A stretch of DNA of 64,000 nt, taken from positions 1 through 64,000 of the forward strand of contig JAZDJU010000037.1 in assembly GCA_043803685.1 (NCBI GenBank). The letters run 5' to 3'. This document shows positions 57,280 through 64,000 of this stretch, piece after piece. A model generated the notes under the pieces. That model saw nothing but the letters and a program-made list of their open reading frames with translations. It did no database searches and had not been told where the DNA came from. The DNA comes from Candidatus Omnitrophota bacterium. GTDB lineage: Bacteria; Omnitrophota; Omnitrophia; Omnitrophales; Aquincolibacteriaceae. The translations under genes and the position numbers were made by a program. Positions within the stretch are counted from its first letter, which is position 1. Each line of letters begins with the position of its first letter.

Positions 57280-58284
57280 TCATTCTGTCGGGGCCGCGTT
57301 GGAAGCGGCCTTGTTCGAAGAAGCATCCTCAACGTTCATTCCGAGACGCAGGTTCATCGCGACCAGGATCGCGTTGATCTCGTTCAAGGATTTCTTCCCG
57401 AAGTTTTTGTATTTGAGCATTTGCGCTTCCGTCTTCTGGATCAGCTCGCCGATGGTCTTGATATTGGCCGCCTCGAGACAGTTGGCGCTACGGACGGAAA
57501 GTTCCAATTCGCTGATCGGCTTGTGGACCATATCCAGAAATTCCTTGTCCTCAACCTCTTCTTCTTCCTCTTCCTCCGGCAACTCACCGTAGTTGACGAA
57601 AACATCGAGATGCCGCTGGAGAATGTTCGACGCGTAAAGAAGCGCCTCTTCAGGCCCCATGGCGCCGTTCGTCCAAACCTCGAGGACCAAACGGTCATAA
57701 TCCGTCACCTGGCCGACGCGAGTGTCTTCCACGTAGAAATTCACCTTGTTCACGGGCGAAAAACAAGAATCGACAGTGACCACCCCGATCGAAGCGTCTT
57801 CCTGCTTGTTCTTTTCAGCAGGAACATAACCGCGACCGCGACCCACTTCCATCTCCATCTTGAAGCTATGGGACTTGCTCAGAGTGCAGATCACCAGATC
57901 CGGATTGACGATCTCGACCGTCTCATCCGCCTGGATATCGCCTGCCGTGACCGGGCCTTGTTTTTTGACGTCGATATAGATCTTTTTCGGCCCCTTGCCC
58001 TGATAGCGAAGTACGATCTTTTTTACGTTCATCACGATCTGGGCTCCGTCTTCCACCACGCCCTCGACCGCGGAGAATTCATGCAACATTCCGTCGATCT
58101 TGATGTTGGTCACCGCAGCGCCATCAATTGAAGAGATCAACACGCGGCGAAGCGCGTTCCCGACCGTCGTTCCGTAGCCCCGTTCGAACGGCTCGGCGAT
58201 AAACTTACCGTAATTGGGCGTCAGCGACCCCTGTTCCACTTCAAGGCGCTTCGGCATTTCAAACGTTTTCCAACGAATACCCAT
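57280..58284 (-). CDS. rpoA: RNA polymerase alpha subunit
   Basis: EPFERGYGTTVGNALRR, GRGYVPA, LELSVRSANCL, NFGKKSLNEI. Confidence 0.98.
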   Translation of the reverse strand: MGIRWKTFEMPKRLEVEQGSLTPNYGKFIAEPFERGYGTTVGNALRRVLISSIDGAAVTNIKIDGMLHEFSAVEGVVEDGAQIVMNVKKIVLRYQGKGPKKIYIDVKKQGPVTAGDIQADETVEIVNPDLVICTLSKSHSFKMEMEVGRGRGYVPAEKNKQEDASIGVVTVDSCFSPVNKVNFYVEDTRVGQVTDYDRLVLEVWTNGAMGPEEALLYASNILQRHLDVFVNYGELPEEEEEEEVEDKEFLDMVHKPISELELSVRSANCLEAANIKTIGELIQKTEAQMLKYKNFGKKSLNEINAILVAMNLRLGMNVEDASSNKAASNAAPTE

Positions 58285-58340
58285 GATAGTTCCTCCTTAT
58301 GCGATCCGAGATAAAAAATACTGTGAGAAATAGCCCTGTC

Positions 58341-58964
58341 TTACTTCGAGAACAACTCCACGATAAGCGCTTCTTCGACAGGGAGACCTGCGTCAGCCTT
58401 GGTGGGGAGCCTTGTAAGCTCTCCGACCAGTTTCACGCGATCCAGCGCGAGCCATTCCGGAGCATTCAGATCCTTCCACTTCTCCATCATCGCTTGCACT
58501 CTTTTGATCGGCGCTTCTTTTTGCTTCACGCTGATCTTGTCCCCGAGCTTGCAAATGAAGGACGCGATATCGACCTTCTTGCCATTCACGGTAATATGCC
58601 CGTGTCCAACCATTTGACGCGCTTCCCGGCGGGAACCCGAAAAAAGAAGCCGGAACACCACATTGTCCAGGCGCCGCTCGTGAAGCTGGATCAACATCTC
58701 GCCCGTCACGCCCTTCATCTGGACCGCACGCGCGAAGAACACGCGAAACTGGCGCTCGGTGACGCCGTAGATCCTCTTCATCTTCTGCTTCTCGCGCAAC
58801 TGCACGCCGTAGTCAGAGATCTTCTGCCTCGAGAGGCCGTGCTGGCCGGGCGGCTTCGACAAACGTTTGTCATGCTTTTCATCGGTCGTACGACGCCCCT
58901 TGAGGCCGAGGTTGATCCCCTCGCGACGATGCAATCGGATGACCGGACCGCGATATCTTCCCAT
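58341..58964 (-). CDS. rpsD: 30S ribosomal protein S4
   Basis: PPGQHG, QLREKQK, ERRLDNVVFR, ARQMVGHGH, LIVELFSK. Confidence 0.98.
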   Translation of the reverse strand: MGRYRGPVIRLHRREGINLGLKGRRTTDEKHDKRLSKPPGQHGLSRQKISDYGVQLREKQKMKRIYGVTERQFRVFFARAVQMKGVTGEMLIQLHERRLDNVVFRLLFSGSRREARQMVGHGHITVNGKKVDIASFICKLGDKISVKQKEAPIKRVQAMMEKWKDLNAPEWLALDRVKLVGELTRLPTKADAGLPVEEALIVELFSK

Positions 58965-58967
58965 AAA

Positions 58968-59339
<372 letters not shown>

Positions 59340-59369
59340 AGAATTCCTCTTGTCTCCAGTCAGCTCAGA

Positions 59370-59756
59370 TTATTTAGGCGCGGGCGCTCCCTTAGCGAGC
59401 CCCCCCACGGTTTTGCGTTTGCCCTTTCGGGTACGCGCGTTCGTATGCGTCCTCTGTCCGCGACAGGGCAGACCTTTCAAATGTCTCGACCCCCGGTAGC
59501 AACGGATATCCATCAGACGTTTGATGTTCATCTGGATCTCACGACGAAGATCCCCTTCCACTTTCGTGGTCTTCTGGATGATCCCTGTGAGAGAAGAAAC
59601 CTCCCCCTCTGTCAGGTCCTTGGCGCGTTTCGCCGGATCGACCTTCGCTTCCGCCAAAATCTGCTTCGAAAGCGTCTTCCCGATCCCGTACAAATAGGTC
59701 AACGCCACATCCACTCTTTTTTCTCTCGGGATATCCACCCCAATGATACGCGGCAT
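59370..59756 (-). CDS. rpsM: 30S ribosomal protein S13
   Basis: [31 protein letters not shown]. Confidence 0.98.
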   Translation of the reverse strand: MPRIIGVDIPREKRVDVALTYLYGIGKTLSKQILAEAKVDPAKRAKDLTEGEVSSLTGIIQKTTKVEGDLRREIQMNIKRLMDIRCYRGSRHLKGLPCRGQRTHTNARTRKGKRKTVGGLAKGAPAPK

Positions 59757-59783
59757 ACTCTGGGTCCTTTCTTAAAAATTCAA

Positions 59784-59897
59784 TTAACCTTGTCGCTGCT
59801 TGTGTTTTGGATTACTGCAGATCACATACACGTAGCCCTTGCGACGCACGATCTTGCAATTCTCACAAATCCTACGAACCGAACTTCGAACTTTCAT
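59784..59897 (-). CDS. rpmJ: 50S ribosomal protein L36 (not in the ORF track)
   Basis: Manual translation [37 protein letters not shown]. Confidence 0.97.
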   Translation of the reverse strand: MKVRSSVRRICENCKIVRRKGYVYVICSNPKHKQRQG

Positions 59898-59914
59898 TTT
59901 TCACCTCAGATAAT

Positions 59915-60133
59915 TCATTTAACTCGAAAAGTGATCCTTCCCCGCGTCAGATCATACGGAGAAAGTTCCATCTTTACTTTGTCCCCGGGAAGGATGCGGA
60001 TATAGTGCATCCTCATTTTCCCCGAGATGTGCGCCAACACCTTATGTCCGTTCTCAAGCTCCACGCGAAACATCGCATTCGGCAAAGGCTCGATCACAGT
60101 TCCTTCTACTTCAATTGCATCTTCTTTCGGCAT
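59915..60133 (-). CDS. infA: Translation initiation factor IF-1
   Basis: [16 protein letters not shown]...SGKMR...ILPGD...[10 protein letters not shown]. Confidence 0.98.
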   Translation of the reverse strand: MPKEDAIEVEGTVIEPLPNAMFRVELENGHKVLAHISGKMRMHYIRILPGDKVKMELSPYDLTRGRITFRVK

Positions 60134-60138
60134 CGCCT

Positions 60139-60180
60139 AGTCCCACTCCTTATCAATTTCAGAGAATCTGAAATTGGGCC
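60139..60180. repeat. Bulged palindrome of the family seen upstream of dapF
   Basis: AGTCCCA-ctcctta-TCAATTTCAGA-gaa-TCTGAAATTGGGCC. Confidence 0.6.
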
Positions 60181-60208
60181 AACCCTTGTCGACCATCCAA
60201 AAAAAGAA

Positions 60209-60976
60209 TCATATACAAGGGTCGAAAGCCTGACTGCCCGTTAAATTTATAAATCCATTTTCCGTAAAAGCGATCGTATCTTCATAGTGGCTGGCGTTTT
60301 TTCGATCTTTCGTGACCACCGTCCATCCATCCGCGAGCGTTTCCACCGCATAGTTCCCTGCGGTCACCATCGGCTCCACAGCGATCACTAACCCCGGCTC
60401 GATCTTCGCTCCACGTCCGCCCTTCCCATAATTCGGGACCTGCGGATCTTCGTGAAGCTGTCGTCCGATCCCATGGCCTGCGTAATCCCGAACCAACTGG
60501 AATCCCCGCCCCTCCACATGCTGTTGGATCATTTGAGAAATGTCACCGATCCGCCAACCAGGCTGATAAGCCGCAAGCATTGCGTCTAGCGAGTCCTTCG
60601 CAGTGCTGATCAGGGCTTTTTTTTCCGGCCCCACCTCGCCCACCGGCCAAGTCCTCGCCGCATCCGCGTAAAAACCGTTCAATTTCACTCCGACATCCAC
60701 GCTAACGATATCGCCATGCTTCAATCGACGTGCGTCCGGAATTCCGTGGACCACGGCTTCGTTAACGGAGATGCAGGCCGTGCTTGGAAACCCCCGATAC
60801 CCCTTGAACGCCGGCTGGCCGCCGTTCTCAAGTATCACTTTCTCCGCCACGCGATCCAGCGCTTCCGTCGTGACACCTTCGACGACTAAAGGCTTCACGG
60901 ACTCGAAAACTTTTCTTAAGATCTTTCCGGCCTCCGCGATCAGCTGAATTTCGCGCTTCGATTTCAGCTCGATCAT
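60209..60976 (-). CDS. map: Methionine aminopeptidase type I
   Basis: CISVNEAVVHGIP, DVG...ADAART, GHGIG..LHEDP, EPM, HYEDT. Confidence 0.97.
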   Translation of the reverse strand: MIELKSKREIQLIAEAGKILRKVFESVKPLVVEGVTTEALDRVAEKVILENGGQPAFKGYRGFPSTACISVNEAVVHGIPDARRLKHGDIVSVDVGVKLNGFYADAARTWPVGEVGPEKKALISTAKDSLDAMLAAYQPGWRIGDISQMIQQHVEGRGFQLVRDYAGHGIGRQLHEDPQVPNYGKGGRGAKIEPGLVIAVEPMVTAGNYAVETLADGWTVVTKDRKNASHYEDTIAFTENGFINLTGSQAFDPCI

Positions 60977-60982
60977 GCGGGC

Positions 60983-61636
60983 CTAACGGATCTTTTCAAA
61001 GAGCGATTCTAGGACTTTCTGGACCGAGGGAGCATCGCCTCCCGCCGGAACATCGTGCAACAGTCCTTTGTTGCGATAAAAATCAACGAGCGGCTTTGTC
61101 GATTCCTGATAGACCTTGAGCCGATTCAGAATCGTTGCAGGTTCATCATCCTTGCGGGTCGTCAACTTCTCCCCGTCCACATCGCAAATCCCGTCCTTCT
61201 TCGGCGGCATATTACGAACGTGATAAATCTTCCCGCACTTGGGACAACCCCGACGACCCGAAAGGCGGTCGACAAGCACGTCATCCGACGTTACAAAATT
61301 GATCACGGCCGTTAATGCGATCTTTTCCGTGGAACAGAACTTTTCCAGCGCCTCGGCTTGCACGATCGTTCGAGGATAACCATCGAGAATAAAACCCTTG
61401 GAACTCTTTAAGGCGCCGACCTCATCGAACATCATGTTGTTCACAAGTTCGTCGGAAACAAGTTCGCCGCGTTCCATCACGGCCTTCGCCTTCAACCCAA
61501 GCGACGTACCTTCCTTGACATTTTTTCTTAAGATATCGCCCGCAGCCATCTGCAGCACGCCATACTTTTCGCAGACAACCTTGGCGTGGGTGCCTTTTCC
61601 GGCTCCCGGAGGGCCCAAGAAGATTAGATTCATCAA
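60983..61636 (-). CDS. adk: Adenylate kinase
   Basis: GPPGAGKGT, GDILR, GELVSD, LDGYPRT, RKDD. Confidence 0.97.
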   Translation of the reverse strand: MMNLIFLGPPGAGKGTHAKVVCEKYGVLQMAAGDILRKNVKEGTSLGLKAKAVMERGELVSDELVNNMMFDEVGALKSSKGFILDGYPRTIVQAEALEKFCSTEKIALTAVINFVTSDDVLVDRLSGRRGCPKCGKIYHVRNMPPKKDGICDVDGEKLTTRKDDEPATILNRLKVYQESTKPLVDFYRNKGLLHDVPAGGDAPSVQKVLESLFEKIR

Positions 61637-62985
61637 CGACGCCCCTTCAAACGGCCTCGTTTGATAAAGCCATCGTAGTGCCGCATGACGAGCTGGGATT
61701 CGACGGATTTCATCACGTCCAGAACGACGCCAACAATAATAAGCAGCCCGGTCCCACCGAAAAAACTCGCGATGAGGAACGGTATGTTCAGCACGTGCGT
61801 TGACGACACGATCTTCGGAAAAAGGGCTATCAACGCCAGGATCACGGCACCCGCGGTTGCGATCCTCGTCATTAAATAATCTAAATATTCAGCCGTGTTT
61901 TTTCCAGGACGGATCCCCGGTATAAAACCACCATATTTTTGAAGGTTATCACTCACTTCGATCGGATTGAACGTGATCGCCGTGTAAAAGAATGTGAAGA
62001 ATACGATCAGAATTGCGTCCAACGCCATATAACCTCCACTGCCGTAACTGATCGCTTGAGCGATCCTCGTGAAAGCCCCGGCGTTCGGAAAGAAACCCGC
62101 GATCGTCGCCGGGAACAAGATCACCGACTGAGCAAAAATGATGGGAATAACGCCTGCCTGGTTCACCTTGAGCGGCAGATACGTGCTTTGTCCCCCATAG
62201 GTCCTGTGTCCCCGGATCTGTTTTGCGTATTGGACCGGGATTTTTCGCTGTCCCTGGATAATGAGGATCAGAAAGATCACCGCCCCGACGAAAAGACCAC
62301 ACATGATCACGAACTTCCACCACGCAAGCTGCTGACGGGACGGATCGAGCGGCGAAAGAAGAACCCAGGTTTGCCGCAACGCTTCCGGAAGAGAATCAAT
62401 AATCCCCGCTGTGATAATGATCGACATCCCGTTCCCAATGCCGAAATTGTCGATCTGTTCACCTAGCCACATAATGAACGCCGTTCCCGTGGTCATGGTG
62501 AGCATACACATCAAACGAAAACCCCAACCCGGATCCGGCACAATGACCGATCCCCCGAACGCTGCAGGGTTTTCAAGCCAAAGGGCGATAAAGAACGTCT
62601 GCAAAATACTCAGAACGATCGTCCCGTAACGTGTGTACTGAATGATCTTCTTGCGACCCTCTTCACCTTCCTTGGCAAGTTTTTCCAAGGCGGGGATCAC
62701 GACCGTCAAAAGCTGAAGAATAATGGAAGCCGAGATATACGGCATGATCCCGAGCGCGAAGATCGTTGCTTTTTGAAGCGCGCCGCCGGTGAACATCCCC
62801 ATGAAACCCAAGAGGGAGCCGCCTGACATGTGCTGCTGGAAAAAACGCGCAAGCGCCACCCCATCGATACCCGGGGTCGGCAAATAAGTCCCCATGCGGT
62901 ACACGGCGATAATGCCGAGCGTGAAGAGGATCTTTTTACGTAGATCCGGGACTTTAAGAATATTTCCGAACGCGTGTAGCACCAA
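61633..62985 (-). CDS. secY: Preprotein translocase subunit SecY
   Basis: IFALGIMPYISASII, WLGEQI...GIGNG.S, KVNQAGVIPIIFA, FIPGIRPG, GGTGLLI. Confidence 0.98.
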   Translation of the reverse strand: MVLHAFGNILKVPDLRKKILFTLGIIAVYRMGTYLPTPGIDGVALARFFQQHMSGGSLLGFMGMFTGGALQKATIFALGIMPYISASIILQLLTVVIPALEKLAKEGEEGRKKIIQYTRYGTIVLSILQTFFIALWLENPAAFGGSVIVPDPGWGFRLMCMLTMTTGTAFIMWLGEQIDNFGIGNGMSIIITAGIIDSLPEALRQTWVLLSPLDPSRQQLAWWKFVIMCGLFVGAVIFLILIIQGQRKIPVQYAKQIRGHRTYGGQSTYLPLKVNQAGVIPIIFAQSVILFPATIAGFFPNAGAFTRIAQAISYGSGGYMALDAILIVFFTFFYTAITFNPIEVSDNLQKYGGFIPGIRPGKNTAEYLDYLMTRIATAGAVILALIALFPKIVSSTHVLNIPFLIASFFGGTGLLIIVGVVLDVMKSVESQLVMRHYDGFIKRGRLKGRR

Positions 62986-63003
62986 AACTCCGTTCTATAT
63001 TGT

Positions 63004-63435
63004 TTACTTACCGATCAGGACGGCTTGACCGCCCTTGGCTTCGATCTTTGTTTTTGCGGAACCGCTGAAAAGATGGGCCTTCACCGTGACAGCTTTTTTG
63101 AGCTCCCCGGAGCCGAGGACCTTCAAGCCATCATGCAATTCTTTAATAACGTTCTTGGCGAGCAAGAGTTCCGGAGTGATCTCCTTGTCCTCAAGTTTTG
63201 CCAACGTCTGAAGATTGACAATCGCGTAGACTTTTTTGAACGCAGCGCGGTTAAAACCCCGCTTCGGAAGGCGACGGTAAAGAGGATTTTGTCCGCCCTC
63301 AAAGCCCGGGTTGAGCGCAAAGCCTGCACGGGCCCGCTGGCCCTTGTGCCCCTTAGTCGATGTTTTCCCGTGCCCGGAACCAATCCCGCATCCCAAGCGC
63401 TTTTTTCTTTTTTTGTAAGGAGTCTTGTGCCTCAT
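63004..63435 (-). CDS. rplO: 50S ribosomal protein L15
   Basis: GSGHGKT...KGQ.AR...[16 protein letters not shown]. Start overlaps the rpsE stop. Confidence 0.96.
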   Translation of the reverse strand: MRHKTPYKKRKKRLGCGIGSGHGKTSTKGHKGQRARAGFALNPGFEGGQNPLYRRLPKRGFNRAAFKKVYAIVNLQTLAKLEDKEITPELLLAKNVIKELHDGLKVLGSGELKKAVTVKAHLFSGSAKTKIEAKGGQAVLIGK

Positions 63436-64000
63436 GACGCTTTTTCGCTTTCTGTATCGTAACGCACTTTGCGGTCGACGAGAGCGGTCAACCCATTGAT
63501 CGTCGCCTTAAGAACATTAATGGAATTATCACTGCCAAGGCTCTTCGTTAAAATATCCTTGATCCCGCAAGCTTCACACGCCGCGCGCACCGACCCACCC
63601 GCGATGATCCCTGTACCGGGAGAAGCTGGTTTCAAAAGTACTTTCGCCGCGCCGTAGCGTCCGATCACCTCGTGTGGGATCGTGGTTCCCTTCAGAGTGA
63701 CCTTAATAATATTCTTACGAGCCGCGACAAGCGCCTTACGGATCGCATCCGCGACCTCGTTGGCCTTGCCTTGCGAATAGCCCAGTTGAGCGGCTCCGCC
63801 ACCCACCACCACCAACGCGCTGAATGAAAAACGTTTTCCGCCTTTAACAACCTTAGCGCAGCGGTTGACCTGAATGACCTTTTCATAGGTCGTCGAACCA
63901 TCCGCCGACATGGAGGGAGTTCGGGAAGATCTCGAGGGAGCCTGAGGAGCCCTCCCGCCTGTTCTTTGCTGTGTCTTCGGCGCTGCAGCTGTCTTTTCCA
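63432..64000 (-). CDS. rpsE: 30S ribosomal protein S5 (start lies at or just beyond the window edge)
   Basis: [23 protein letters not shown]...PGTGIIAGG. The frame stays open to the edge: (x)[17 protein letters not shown]... Confidence 0.97.
   Translation of the reverse strand, partial: EKTAAAPKTQQRTGGRAPQAPSRSSRTPSMSADGSTTYEKVIQVNRCAKVVKGGKRFSFSALVVVGGGAAQLGYSQGKANEVADAIRKALVAARKNIIKVTLKGTTIPHEVIGRYGAAKVLLKPASPGTGIIAGGSVRAACEACGIKDILTKSLGSDNSINVLKATINGLTALVDRKVRYDTESEKAS

Overview
Bacterial chromosomal window that is GC-rich, gene-dense and almost entirely encoded on the minus strand. It contains mostly core functions: ruvB(partial)/ruvA/ruvC/yebC, folP-ftsH-tilS with a CAT-anticodon tRNA, and lptF/G-like and dsbD-like genes. 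It also has queF/tpx, an Rrf2-metY-cysK-metX-metW sulfur cluster, RNA-modification genes, a GH57 and a PEPCK-like gene, fba, rubrerythrin, a second FtsH-like protease and uvrA. Further on are a ~1550-aa surface/outer-membrane protein, dapF-dapA-dapB, ornithine decarboxylase with homospermidine synthase, a MORN-repeat protein, a beta carbonic anhydrase, an aminotransferase, and the distal spc/alpha ribosomal operon (rpsE to rplQ, with no rpmD). The gene content suggests a diderm PVC-type organism, possibly Omnitrophota; this is inference only. I found no transposase, integrase, CRISPR array or prophage. The most notable signals are: (1) a type IV pilin whose leader peptide contains an (AAGC)7 tract that puts the ATG out of frame, i.e. 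an apparent phase-variable pilin in the OFF state; (2) three ~100-bp intergenic elements with shared terminal inverted repeats (CCCCGTTAGAG...CTCTAACGGGG) but unrelated interiors, each filling the gap between a stop codon and the next start; (3) several other families of small palindromic repeats, some nested, e.g. upstream of dapF; (4) a ribosomal protein L17 ending in a MinD-like amphipathic tail.
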